Positions 18,102 through 27,087 of a DNA stretch of 64,000 nucleotides are shown in pieces. The first letter of the stretch is position 1; the number at the start of each line of letters is the position of its first letter. This DNA comes from Vicinamibacteria bacterium (GTDB lineage Bacteria; Acidobacteriota; Vicinamibacteria; Vicinamibacterales; JAENWD01), in NCBI GenBank assembly GCA_963739995.1, contig CAVUCH010000011.1, positions 934 through 64,933 on the forward strand, in the 5' to 3' direction. Position numbers and translations under genes: made by a program. The notes beneath the pieces are model-generated. The model had not been told where the DNA came from, did not search any database, and was given only the letters and a program-made list of their open reading frames with translations.

Positions 18102-18689
18102 ATGCAGACCGTGCCCACCATCGATTCCGATACGCTCGTGCGGCTCCTGGCCGCGGCGCGGCAGGGCGACAGCGACGCGCTCAACGAGCTGGCACCGCTC
18201 GTCTACGAGGAGTTGCGCCGGATCGCGCGCCGCCAGATGCGGAACGAACGACAGGGACACACGCTGCAGCCGACGGCGCTCGCCAATGAGGCCTGGGCGC
18301 GCCTCATGGGCGCGCGTCGTCTCGACGTGCAGAACCGGGCCCACTTCATGGGGATCGCCGCCAACGCCATGCGGCAGATCCTGGTGGAGCGCGCGCGCGC
18401 ACAGCGGGCAGCGAAACGCGGCGGGGCCGCTCACCAGGTGACGCTCGACGACGCGATGCTGCCGAGCGGCGTGCGCCCCATCGAACTCGAGGCGCTCGAC
18501 CAAGCGCTCGCCCGGCTGGAGGCCCACAATCCCGAGCTGGCGCGCATCGTCGAGCTGCGGTTCTTCGGCGGTCTGACCGTCGAGGAAACAGCGGACCAGC
18601 TCGAGTCATCGCCTGCGACGATCAAACGTCGCTGGACATTGGCCAAGGCCTGGCTGGTGCGCGAGCTCGAGGGACGACAAGCCACCTGA
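18102..18689 (+). CDS. ECF-type RNA polymerase sigma factor (TIGR02999 / Sigma70_ECF-like, STK-associated type)
   Basis: [57 protein letters not shown] is the typical N-terminus of this ECF family. The region 4 HTH is [30 protein letters not shown]. Confidence 0.88.
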   Translation: MQTVPTIDSDTLVRLLAAARQGDSDALNELAPLVYEELRRIARRQMRNERQGHTLQPTALANEAWARLMGARRLDVQNRAHFMGIAANAMRQILVERARAQRAAKRGGAAHQVTLDDAMLPSGVRPIELEALDQALARLEAHNPELARIVELRFFGGLTVEETADQLESSPATIKRRWTLAKAWLVRELEGRQAT

Positions 18690-18779
18690 AGGATCGCCCG
18701 TGATGCGTGAGGACCCGCGCAGAAACGCTGCGCACCATGCCGATCGCGACGCTGACCAGCCGGGAGAGATAGGAAAAGC

Positions 18780-20348
18780 GTGCCGGAACCCGCCGCCTCG
18801 CGCCTCACGGACATCTTCATACGCGTACTGCAGGCCGAACCTTCGCGCCGGGATGCGCTGATTCGGGAGCTGTGCGGAAACGACGGCGCCTTGACGCGCG
18901 ACATCACGGAGCTGGTGGCGGCAGCCGAACGCGCGCCGAGCACGGCAGGGATGATGCGGGACGTGCTTACGCGCGACGAGCCGCCGCCGCTGGCGCCAGG
19001 CACGGAAATCCGCGGGTACACGATCGAGCGGCAGATGGCCAGCGGCGGGATGGGAGTGGTGTACCTCGCGCGCGACACCGCATTGGACAGGCGGGTCGCG
19101 ATCAAGGCGCTCAAGCCTTCGATCGCGACCGATGCGGAGCATCGCCGCCGGTTGAAGCACGAGGCGCAGCTGATGGCGCAGCTGGCCGGCCATCCGAACA
19201 TCGCCACGGTCCACGCACTGATAGACGAGGGCGACGCCCTGTACATCGTGGAAGAGTGCCTCCCGGGGCCGACGCTGCGTGAGCACCTGGTCAAAGGAGC
19301 GCTGCCGGCATCTGAGGCGATCGAGGTGGGCGTCGCCGTGCTCCGCGCGCTCGGGGCCGCGCACCGGCAGAACATCGTGCACCGCGACCTGAAGCCGGAG
19401 AACGTGATGCGCACGGCCGCCGGAGGATGGAAGGTGCTCGATTTCGGCATCGCGAAGCTGCAGGGGCCGGACCCGCGCACGACGCTGCATGAGACCCGCG
19501 CCGATCAGCGCCTCGGCACACCTTTGTACATGTCACCGGAGCAGCTGCGCGGGGAGCCCGTCGACAGCCGGTCCGACCTGTTCGCGTTCGGCATTCTGAT
19601 GTACGAACTGCTCACGCGCCGTCACCCGTTCACGAGGCGCGGCGACCTGGCGGCGCTGTCCACCTGGACGGCGGCTCTCAACGATCCGCCGCTGCCGTTC
19701 GACGCTGACGAGATCAGTCGCATGCCGTCAGGGCTGCCGAACGTGATTGCTCGGTGTCTCGAAAAGGAAGCCAACCGGCGGTGGTCGTCTGCCGAAGACC
19801 TCGAGACCGCCCTTCAGATGATCCACAGCGGGGGGCCGCCGCTGGTTCGGCTGTCGTCACCACACGAGGCCGTGATGTGGTGGCAGTTTCACGAGGCCGC
19901 GGCCGCGGTGGTGTACTGGCTCACGCTGATCCCGGTATGGCACGTGCGGCCATGGATCGGGCGCACGGAGGTGCCCTTCGCCGGCGCGACGCTCGCCCTG
20001 GATGCCCGCACGCTGCTCCTCGTGCTGATCAGCACGGTTGCCGTGCTGTCCGTGCTACGTTTCAGCTTCGTATTCGTATCCCGCAACAAGCCCTCGCAGA
20101 TCCACGAGCACCACGCGCGCGCCATCCGGTGGGTGAAGGCGGGGGACCTCCTCTTTGCGGCAGCACTGGTCGCTGCCGGCGTCGCCATCTCGGCAGACCA
20201 TCAGGGGTGGGCGCTGCTGCTCGTGTCACTCGGCCTCGGCAGCTTCGTCAGCGCCTGGTTCATCGAACCGCTGACCGAACGCGACGCGCTCGAGGTGCTC
20301 GCGCCGCTGCGTCCGCGTCGGACGAGCGGTACGGCCCGCCGGGACTGA
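18780..20348 (+). CDS. Ser/Thr protein kinase with a C-terminal multi-TM domain
   Basis: [20 protein letters not shown]...VAIKAL...[10 protein letters not shown]...DFGIAKL...[10 protein letters not shown] are Hanks kinase motifs. Four to five hydrophobic helices lie in the last 170 aa. The start is GTG, 90 nt after the sigma gene. Confidence 0.88.
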   Translation: MPEPAASRLTDIFIRVLQAEPSRRDALIRELCGNDGALTRDITELVAAAERAPSTAGMMRDVLTRDEPPPLAPGTEIRGYTIERQMASGGMGVVYLARDTALDRRVAIKALKPSIATDAEHRRRLKHEAQLMAQLAGHPNIATVHALIDEGDALYIVEECLPGPTLREHLVKGALPASEAIEVGVAVLRALGAAHRQNIVHRDLKPENVMRTAAGGWKVLDFGIAKLQGPDPRTTLHETRADQRLGTPLYMSPEQLRGEPVDSRSDLFAFGILMYELLTRRHPFTRRGDLAALSTWTAALNDPPLPFDADEISRMPSGLPNVIARCLEKEANRRWSSAEDLETALQMIHSGGPPLVRLSSPHEAVMWWQFHEAAAAVVYWLTLIPVWHVRPWIGRTEVPFAGATLALDARTLLLVLISTVAVLSVLRFSFVFVSRNKPSQIHEHHARAIRWVKAGDLLFAAALVAAGVAISADHQGWALLLVSLGLGSFVSAWFIEPLTERDALEVLAPLRPRRTSGTARRD

Positions 20349-20363
20349 AGTCCCGGCTCCACA
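20339..20363 (+). repeat. 25-nt hairpin element copy 1 (CCGGGAC-TGAA-GTCCCGG-CTCCACA)
   Basis: It has a 7-bp stem and a TGAA loop. The kinase stop codon TGA (20346-20348) is in the loop. The same element recurs at 23804, 25557, 25636 (inverted) and 32487. Confidence 0.85.
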
Positions 20364-20426
20364 CGACAGGTTCGTCGGGCTCCGGGCTCCGAGCCTCTCG
20401 GATCCTGCCTTGAATCCGTAACACCG

Positions 20427-20468
20427 CCTGGAGGCTGGAGCCAGGAGTCTGGAGCCTGACGCCTGACT
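20427..20468. repeat. heptamer tandem array of 6 units (CCTGGAG-like)
   Basis: The units read CCTGGAG GCTGGAG CCAGGAG TCTGGAG CCTGACG CCTGACT. A further CGGGCTC x2 lies at 20376-20389. The array is in the intergenic region upstream of the M1 peptidase gene. Confidence 0.9.
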
Positions 20469-20519
20469 CGAGATTACAGACAGCGCCCGCGTCTCGTGTA
20501 GCATTCGCCCGGAGGCGCA

Positions 20520-22601
20520 ATGGGGTCTGGACCTTCGGCGCGTGCGACGACGCTGGCGATTGCGGTGCTGCTCTCGGCCGGCTGGCTGATGGCGGCCGCG
20601 GGTCAGCAGGCTCGTCGGGCCGCGGCCCCATCCGCCGGCGCCGCCCGGGTGGCGCCGCCTGCGTCGCCGGCACGCGTCTCCAAACGCAACGCCAACTACT
20701 CCATCGACGTAGAGCTGGATCCCGAGAGCCGCACCCTGCTGGGCCGTGAGGTGCTGACGTGGCGCAACATCACCACGCAGCCCGCCACCGAGCTCCGGTT
20801 TCACCTCTATTACAACGCGTGGACGAACACACGCTCGACGTGGATGCGCGAACGGGCGGTGGCGGGCTCCGGCCGGACCCTGGCTGATCCTCGACCCGGC
20901 GACTGGGGCTGGATCGACATCACTGCCATCCGCCTGCTGTCGTCGTCCCCCGCGCCATTCACGGATCTGACAGCCAGCCGCCGCTTCATCGCACCGGATG
21001 ACGGCAATACGGACGATCGCACCGTGATGAGCGTGCCGCTGCCCCGCCGCGTCGCGCCCGGCGAGACCATCGGCATCGAGATCGCCTGGACCTCGAAGGT
21101 CCCCCGCACGTTTGCGCGAACGGGCGCAGTCGGCAACTTCTACTTCATCGCCCACTGGTTCCCCAAGATTGGCGTGCTCGAGAACAGCGGCTGGAACACG
21201 CACCAGTTCCACGCGGGTACGGAGTTCTTCTCCGACTACGGCATCTATGACGTCCGCATCACGGTGCCCCGCGGCTGGACGGTCGGGGCAACGGGGCGTG
21301 AGCAGCAGCGGCTCGACACGCCGACCGGGAAGACGACGCACCGCTTCGTGCAGGAAGACGTGCACGACTTCGCGTGGACGACGAGTCCCGACTACATCGA
21401 ACGGCACGAACGCTTCGAACATGCGGGCCTCCCGGCCGTGGACATGCGGCTGCTGCTGCAGCCCGAGCACGAGCGCCAGGCCGGCCGCCACTTCGCGGCG
21501 ACGCGCGCGGTGCTGCAGCACTACGGAGAGTGGTACGGAGCCTACCGGTACGGCCACATCACGATCGTCGATCCGGCGTGGCAGAGCGAAGCCGATGGTA
21601 TGGAGTACCCCACGCTCATCACCGCAGGGACGGAATGGCTCGCCCCGGAGGGCTCGGACTCGCCGGAGGAGGTCACCGTGCACGAGGCCGGCCACCAGTT
21701 CTGGTACGGACTCGTCGGCAACAACGAATTCGAGCACGCGTGGATGGACGAAGGCCTGACCACGTTCTCGACGGCACGCGTTCTCGCAGAGCGGGAGCTG
21801 CAGCCGCACTACCTGACCCTTCGGCTGTTCGGGGGCTTTGTACCCTGGGTTTTGCGGGATGTGCCGCTGGAGCGGACGCATTACGACCAGTGGGCAGGCT
21901 ATCGCTCGGCGGCCGAGAGTGACACACCGGCCACGCCGTCGTGGCGCTACGATCCGGCCACCGGCGGGCACATCAGCTACGCCAAGACCGCCGTGTCGCT
22001 GCATACGCTCGAGCGGCTGATCGGGTGGCCACGGCTGCAACGAGGGATGTCACTCTTCTTTACGCGTCACGTCTTCACGCATCCGACGCCGGACGATTAC
22101 ATGCGCGCACTCAGCGAGGGCGCAGGACAGGACCTCACCTGGTTCTTCGACGAGGTCTACCGTGGCTCGAACACCGTCGACTACGGGATTCAGCGGTTCG
22201 CGAGCGCGGCCGCGTCCGTGAGCGGCTGGATCGACCGCGGCGGCAAGCGGACATACGTGGACGCCGCGCCCGAGGGGCCGGCGCGGCACGTGACGGAGCT
22301 GGTCGTGCGCCGGTACGGCGAGGCCATCATGCCGGTCGACATCCTCGTGTCGTTCGCAGACGGGCAGCGGGTGCGCGAGCGGTGGGACGGCCGCGAACGA
22401 TGGACGGCCTATCGCTGGGAACGGCCGGTCCCGGCCGTGACAGCGCAGGTCGATCCCGACCGCGTCCTCCTGCTCGACGTGAACTACACCAACAACTCGT
22501 GGACGCTCCGGCCGGAGGCCGCTCGGGCGGCACGGAAGTGGACCTCTGTGTGGTTCGTGTGGCTGCAGGACGCGCTGCTGACGTGGGCGGCGCTGGTCTG
22601 A
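20520..22601 (+). CDS. M1-family zinc metallopeptidase (aminopeptidase N-like), secreted
   Basis: VHEAGHQFWYGLVGNNEFEHAWMDEG is the HExxH-x18-E motif (about 21681). The N-terminus is signal-like (AIAVLLSAGWLMAAAG). A GGAGG lies 5 nt upstream of the ATG. Confidence 0.88.
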   Translation: MGSGPSARATTLAIAVLLSAGWLMAAAGQQARRAAAPSAGAARVAPPASPARVSKRNANYSIDVELDPESRTLLGREVLTWRNITTQPATELRFHLYYNAWTNTRSTWMRERAVAGSGRTLADPRPGDWGWIDITAIRLLSSSPAPFTDLTASRRFIAPDDGNTDDRTVMSVPLPRRVAPGETIGIEIAWTSKVPRTFARTGAVGNFYFIAHWFPKIGVLENSGWNTHQFHAGTEFFSDYGIYDVRITVPRGWTVGATGREQQRLDTPTGKTTHRFVQEDVHDFAWTTSPDYIERHERFEHAGLPAVDMRLLLQPEHERQAGRHFAATRAVLQHYGEWYGAYRYGHITIVDPAWQSEADGMEYPTLITAGTEWLAPEGSDSPEEVTVHEAGHQFWYGLVGNNEFEHAWMDEGLTTFSTARVLAERELQPHYLTLRLFGGFVPWVLRDVPLERTHYDQWAGYRSAAESDTPATPSWRYDPATGGHISYAKTAVSLHTLERLIGWPRLQRGMSLFFTRHVFTHPTPDDYMRALSEGAGQDLTWFFDEVYRGSNTVDYGIQRFASAAASVSGWIDRGGKRTYVDAAPEGPARHVTELVVRRYGEAIMPVDILVSFADGQRVRERWDGRERWTAYRWERPVPAVTAQVDPDRVLLLDVNYTNNSWTLRPEAARAARKWTSVWFVWLQDALLTWAALV

Positions 22602-22612
22602 GGAACGCACCT

Positions 22613-23659
22613 GTGACCGACCGCCCTCATCGTGCCCCGCTGACGCTCGTGGCCGACGGCCTGCGCCGTGTGTGGCGAGCACCGGCGATTCTCTGTGGCG
22701 TCTGGGCCGTCACCACCATCGTCGCGCTGCGTCCTGCGGCAGTGCTGCACCGCGCCATCGTTGGCGATCTGGGGTCGAGCATGGCCGCATCGAGCGCGGC
22801 CAGCGGCGTGAACTGGACGTGGTGGCAGGAGTTTACGGCCCGCCAGCCCGCGTTCGCCGAGACGTTTCAGCCGCACATCATCGGCTTTGCATCGGTGCTC
22901 ACGAACGCGAGCGCCTTCGTGTCCGCCGGCTTACCGGGCCCGCTGATCGCGTCTACCGGCGCCGCCTACGTGCTGATCTGGCTGTTCCTGCTCGGCGGCA
23001 TCCTCGACCGCTACGCTCGCGGCCGCCGGTTGGGCGCCCACGGGTTCTTCGCGGCGAGCGGCGTATTCTTCTTCCGCTTTCTGCGTCTGGCGGTGCTCGC
23101 CGGGATCGCGTGGGTATTCGTCTTCCGGGTGCTTCACGGTTGGCTGTTCGACGAGTTCTACCGGTGGGCGACGCGTGAGGTCACGATGGAACGCACAGCC
23201 TTCGCCCTGCACGCCGCCCTCACCCTGCTCTTCGTGCTCGTCGTCGGCACCGTGATGATGGTGTTCGATTACGCGAAGGTCCGCGCCGTCGTGGAGGACC
23301 GCCGCAGCATGATCGGTGCGCTCCTGGCCGGCGCACGCTTCGTCAGGCGGCATCCAGCTGTGGCCGGAGGAGTGTTCCTGCTGAACGTGCTGCTGTTCGC
23401 GGCCGCTGTGGGGGCCTATGCGCTGCTGGCACGCGGTGCCCGCGGAGGCAGCGGCTTCACCGTACTGATCGGACTCATCGTGGCGCAGGCGTACATCCTG
23501 GCGCGTTTGTTCGTGAAGCTGTCCTTCTACGCGTCAGCGATCGCCCTCTTCCAGGACCGCCTCGCACACGCCGGGTACACCGCGATGCCCCAAGCGGTGT
23601 GGCCGGACTCGCCCGCCATCGAGACCATCACGGAAGGGCCGGCGGGGGCACGCTCCTAG
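22613..23659 (+). CDS. hypothetical polytopic membrane protein
   Basis: An in-frame GTG at 22613 lies 12 nt after the peptidase stop, with AGGAA upstream. There are several hydrophobic helices (ILCGVWAVTTIVAL, AAYVLIWLFLLGGIL, FFFRFLRLAVLAGIAWVFVF, LHAALTLLFVLVVGTVMMVF, VFLLNVLLFAAAVGAYALLA). The ORF-track start at 21941 overlaps the M1 gene and is rejected. Confidence 0.6.
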   Translation: MTDRPHRAPLTLVADGLRRVWRAPAILCGVWAVTTIVALRPAAVLHRAIVGDLGSSMAASSAASGVNWTWWQEFTARQPAFAETFQPHIIGFASVLTNASAFVSAGLPGPLIASTGAAYVLIWLFLLGGILDRYARGRRLGAHGFFAASGVFFFRFLRLAVLAGIAWVFVFRVLHGWLFDEFYRWATREVTMERTAFALHAALTLLFVLVVGTVMMVFDYAKVRAVVEDRRSMIGALLAGARFVRRHPAVAGGVFLLNVLLFAAAVGAYALLARGARGGSGFTVLIGLIVAQAYILARLFVKLSFYASAIALFQDRLAHAGYTAMPQAVWPDSPAIETITEGPAGARS

Positions 23660-23803
23660 TGGCCTAGATGCACGATGCAGAACTGAGTGCACGATGCAGA
23701 ATGCAGTGCACATGCGCACGCGACCCCGGTGTGGCACAGGCCGAAGTGCACACCGTGGAAAGATAGCGGTAGCGCATGCGCGCCGACCGGTGACGCGCGT
23801 CCG

Positions 23804-23828
23804 CCGGAACTGAAGTTCCGGCGCCACA
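23804..23828 (+). repeat. 25-nt hairpin element copy 2 (CCGGAAC-TGAA-GTTCCGG-CGCCACA)
   Basis: The 7-bp stem is perfect. The stem carries A-T where copies 1 and 5 carry G-C, a compensatory change. Confidence 0.85.
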
Positions 23829-23880
23829 AGTTTCGGCTCTACACGCACGTGCACGGCTCACTCTGAGCCTTTCTGCACTC

Positions 23881-23998
23881 TGCATCGTGCGTCGTGCGTC
23901 GTGCGTCGTGGCGTCGTGGCGTTGTGGCGTTGTGGCGTCGTGGCGTTGTGGCGTTGTGCATTGTGCATTGTGCATTCATTTTGCATTTTGCATTTTGC
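23881..23998. repeat. graded 7/8-nt tandem array (16 units) ending 16 nt before the GT39 start codon
   Basis: The array reads 4x TGC(A/G)TCG, 6x TGGCGT(C/T)G, 3x TGCATT(G/C), 3x ATTTTGC. Unit composition drifts from GC-rich to AT-rich toward the ATG at 24015. Confidence 0.9.
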
Positions 23999-24014
23999 AT
24001 TTCTTGTGTCCCCC

Positions 24015-25529
24015 ATGTCCCGCCTGCACCCGCTCGTCTTCTGGCTCTCCGGGGTGAAGCTGGTTTTCCATCTGCTCATCATCCGGGGCTACGGCTGGTT
24101 CCGCGACGAGTTCTATTACATCGCCTGCGGCGAACGCCTCGACTGGGGGTACGTCGATCACCCGCCGCTCGTCGCCGTCGTGACCGCGACCACACGGTAC
24201 CTGCTCGGCGACTCACTGGTCGCGATCCGGCTGCCTGCCGCGCTGGCCGGTGCGGCGACGGTCGCCCTTGCCGGGCTGCTCGCGCACGAGCTGGGGGCCC
24301 GGCGCTTCGGCCAGGCTCTCGCATCGCTGGCGGTGCTGGTGGCCACGATCTACCTGCCGCTGCACCACATTCTGTCGATGAACGCGTGGGAACCACTGCT
24401 GTGGACGGGCGTGGCGCTGTTCGTCGTGCGCGCCCTCGACCGCGGGGGAGCGCGCGAGTGGGTGTACGCCGGAGTGCTGGCCGGAATTGCGCTGCAGAAC
24501 AAGCACAGCATGCTGTTCTTCGGGTTCGCGCTCCTCGTCGGACTCGTGGTGTCGCCCGCCAGGAGGGTCCTGCTGACGCGCGGCCCGTGGCTGATGGGCC
24601 TGACGGCGGCGGCGATCTTCCTGCCCAACATCATCTGGGAGGTACGCCACGGCTGGCCGACGCTGGAATTCATGCAGCACGCGCGGGCGCACAAGAACGT
24701 CGCGCTGCCGCCAGCGGCGTTCGTCATCCAGCAGGTGCTGGTGATGAATCCCGCGAACGCCGTCCTGTGGGTGACCGGACTCTGCTGGCTCCTCGCCGCT
24801 CCGTCCGCGCGCGGCTGGCGGTTTTTGGGCTGGGGCTACCTCACTCTGCTTACACTCCTCATTACCACCGGCGGGAAGGACTACTACCTGGCCCCGTATT
24901 ATCCGATGCTCTTTGCGGCGGGCGGGGTGGCCATCGAGCGCTGGACTGAGGCGAGCCGGTGGCGAGCCATGGTGCGCGTCGGGTTGCCCGCATCGATGCT
25001 GCTCGTGGGCGTCCTCGCCGCTCCCCTGGCCGTGCCTCTGCTTCCCGTGGACGCCTATGTGCGGTACGCGCGGGCCGCAGGCATTCAGGCGGCCCCGAGC
25101 GAGCGGCACCAGGTCGGCACGCTGCCGCAGTTCTTCGCCGACATGTTCGGATGGCACGAGCTCGTCGAGGAGGTCGTACGCGTGGCCGGCACGCTGCCCC
25201 CCGCGGACCGGGCCAGGGCGGTGATCGTGACGCGCAACTACGGCGAGGCCGGAGCCATCAACTTTCTGGGCCGCGGTGCGGGCGCACCGGCAGCCATCAG
25301 CGGCCATAACAACTACTGGCTCTGGGGCCCTGAGCCGGCGAACCGCGACCTGCTCCTGATCCTGGGCGGCCGCCGGGAGGAGCACGATGAATGCGGCTCG
25401 CTGGTGCAGGCGGGCACGGTCGCCTGCGGCAACTGCATGCCGTACGAGAACAACCAGCCGATCTGGATCTGCCGCAGTTTGAAGGTATCGATCGAGGAGG
25501 CCTGGAAGGCCGCGAAGTCGTTCAACTGA
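24015..25529 (+). CDS. GT39/GT83-like (ArnT/PMT-type) membrane glycosyltransferase
   Basis: The start is taken at MSRLHPLVFWLSG... The motif FRDEFYYIACGERLDWGYVDHPPLVAVV (the DE/YxxxxxxL.. loop-1 motif of PMT_2/ArnT-like enzymes) is followed by about 10 TM helices. The ORF-track start at 23901 only translates the repeats. Confidence 0.85.
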   Translation: MSRLHPLVFWLSGVKLVFHLLIIRGYGWFRDEFYYIACGERLDWGYVDHPPLVAVVTATTRYLLGDSLVAIRLPAALAGAATVALAGLLAHELGARRFGQALASLAVLVATIYLPLHHILSMNAWEPLLWTGVALFVVRALDRGGAREWVYAGVLAGIALQNKHSMLFFGFALLVGLVVSPARRVLLTRGPWLMGLTAAAIFLPNIIWEVRHGWPTLEFMQHARAHKNVALPPAAFVIQQVLVMNPANAVLWVTGLCWLLAAPSARGWRFLGWGYLTLLTLLITTGGKDYYLAPYYPMLFAAGGVAIERWTEASRWRAMVRVGLPASMLLVGVLAAPLAVPLLPVDAYVRYARAAGIQAAPSERHQVGTLPQFFADMFGWHELVEEVVRVAGTLPPADRARAVIVTRNYGEAGAINFLGRGAGAPAAISGHNNYWLWGPEPANRDLLLILGGRREEHDECGSLVQAGTVACGNCMPYENNQPIWICRSLKVSIEEAWKAAKSFN

Positions 25530-25556
25530 GGTTCCCGGCGGCGGCGCCAGATTCGG

Positions 25557-25581
25557 CCGGAACTGACGTTCCGGCCCCACA
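25557..25581 (+). repeat. 25-nt hairpin element copy 3 (CCGGAAC-TGAC-GTTCCGG-CCCCACA)
   Basis: It has a 7-bp perfect stem and lies 28 nt after the GT39 stop. A degenerate half-copy (TGAGGTTCCCGGCGGCGGCGCCAGA) begins exactly at the GT39 stop codon at 25527. Confidence 0.8.
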
Positions 25582-25635
25582 TGCATCGAGAGCACAGGAA
25601 CCGGCCGACGTGCCGCTCGGTGCTGCGTTTACCGC

Positions 25636-25660
25636 TGTGGCGCCGGGACTTCACTACCGG
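25636..25660 (-). repeat. 25-nt hairpin element copy 4, inverted orientation (imperfect stem)
   Basis: The forward strand reads TGTGGCGCCGGGACTTCACTACCGG, which is the reverse complement of CCGGTAG-TGAA-GTCCCGG-CGCCACA. It lies 19 nt downstream of the minus-strand phosphatase stop. Confidence 0.75.
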
Positions 25661-25678
25661 CGGACAGGCGTTACCGCC

Positions 25679-26983
25679 TCAGCGCGCGGCCGACGACATC
25701 GGTTCGAACAGCACGCGGCGGTCCTCCAGCGTCACGACCGTGTACCTGCCGTTCTGAATCTCGAGCGCCGAGGCCCGGCCACCCTGATAGTAGGACGACA
25801 GCATGCCCGTGTCGATGAGGAACACGCGCGACGAAAATCGCCCCATTGCGCGGAAGCCGCTGGTCATCGTGTGGCCCACCACGAAACGCACCGGACCGAA
25901 GCGCCGCTGCAGCTGGTCCAGCTGCGAGGCCCCCTCGTCCGAACGCCACGTCGCGTATCCCCGGAACCAGAGCGGCCCGTTCGGGTCGAGGATGGCCCAC
26001 TTGCCGACCTCCTGCAGATCGGCGAGCGAGTGCGACGAAATGGCCTGCGCGGCAGCGTTGGGATCCGGCTGCCCGTTCATATCCATCCGCCGGCGCGCCT
26101 CCATCCCGACCCGCGTCAGCTCCGACCCGCCGGCCTCGAGCAGTTCCTCGAACGTGAAGGAGGGCAGCGCGATCTGCTGCTCGATCATCTGCTTGCGCAT
26201 CTTGTCCCAGCGCGCAATCTCCTTCTGCGCCTGCTCGTTGAGCGACTCGAGTTTCTTCGGCGCCACCTCCGGGTTGATCCCGCCGTGCAGGAAGACCGTA
26301 TCGTTGACCCGCACCAGGACCATGCGCGTCCTGATCCACTTGCCGTAGGTGCCGAGCGGCCCGAACGCCTCGAGGTACTCGACGAACCCGGGCGGGTGCG
26401 CGGCCATCCACGCCTCCCGTTCCGGGGCCATGTAGATCTTCGGGATTGGAATCGCCGTGTCCGCCCGGGCCAGCGCTGCACGACGCGCCTCGGCGAGCTT
26501 CACATGCGCCGCGTAGGCCGATTCGCGGCGGCCCTCGGACTCCGCGTCCGCGAAGGCGGCGAATGCGGAAGCCGGGACATCGCGCATGACACCGATGGCG
26601 TTCGAGGCCTCGTGATTGCCCATCAGCACGATGGCTTGTCCGCCACCTGCGGCCGCCTGCGCCTCCAGGGTCATCAGGAAATCCAGGAGCGGCCGGACCT
26701 TGGGGCCGCGGTCCATGTAATCCCCGGTCTGCACGAGCGTGGTGTCGCGCCCGGTCCAGCGACGCTCCGCGTCTATCAGTCCGACGTGCGTGAGAAGCGC
26801 GAGAAACGCGTCGAAGTCGCCGTGAATATCGGCGATGGCCACGATGCGATCCGGCTTCGCTGCGGGCCGGCCGGAGGCCGACGGAGCACTCAGCACCACC
26901 ACCGCAATGGCTGTGGCGGCAATCAGGCAGCAGAACGCGATCGGACGCATTCGACGACGACTGGAGGCGGGGCCGCTGCTCAT
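25679..26983 (-). CDS. PPP-family (calcineurin-like) metallophosphoesterase / Ser-Thr phosphatase-like protein with an N-terminal signal or anchor
   Basis: All three PPP signatures are present: IADIHGD (GDxHG-like), TGDYMDRGPK (GDxxDRG) and LMGNHEA (GNHE). The start is taken at MSSGPASSRRRMRPIAFCCLIAATAIAVVVL (26983). Confidence 0.85.
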   Translation of the reverse strand: MSSGPASSRRRMRPIAFCCLIAATAIAVVVLSAPSASGRPAAKPDRIVAIADIHGDFDAFLALLTHVGLIDAERRWTGRDTTLVQTGDYMDRGPKVRPLLDFLMTLEAQAAAGGGQAIVLMGNHEASNAIGVMRDVPASAFAAFADAESEGRRESAYAAHVKLAEARRAALARADTAIPIPKIYMAPEREAWMAAHPPGFVEYLEAFGPLGTYGKWIRTRMVLVRVNDTVFLHGGINPEVAPKKLESLNEQAQKEIARWDKMRKQMIEQQIALPSFTFEELLEAGGSELTRVGMEARRRMDMNGQPDPNAAAQAISSHSLADLQEVGKWAILDPNGPLWFRGYATWRSDEGASQLDQLQRRFGPVRFVVGHTMTSGFRAMGRFSSRVFLIDTGMLSSYYQGGRASALEIQNGRYTVVTLEDRRVLFEPMSSAAR

Positions 26984-27087
26984 CTGACGATGTTCCGGAA
27001 CAGGGCCTACTTTACCATCGGGCGGGGACCGCCCGGCGCCCGGCGCAGGACGCCCGATCCCATGGAGGGTTCCGGTAAGATCGTCCA

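Noticed and set aside
21941-22612. Long 5' part of ORF 21941..23659 overlapping the M1 peptidase gene.
   Set aside because: It is out of frame with a well-supported HExxH peptidase. An in-frame GTG at 22613 with an upstream AGGAA, just after the peptidase stop, gives a sensible membrane protein.
23664-23895. MITE or mobile-element interpretation of the segment flanked by TGCACGATGCAGAA and its imperfect inverse.
   Set aside because: The inverted repeats are short and imperfect. No target-site duplication, transposase or second copy is visible in the window. I kept it only as a hypothesis inside a finding, not as a mobile_element feature.
23881-23998. Possible CRISPR arrays at the tandem-repeat loci (7511, 10651, 17958, 20427, 23881, 53834).
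   Set aside because: The units are only 7-8 nt and contiguous, with no spacers, and no cas genes are present. These are microsatellite-like arrays, not CRISPR.
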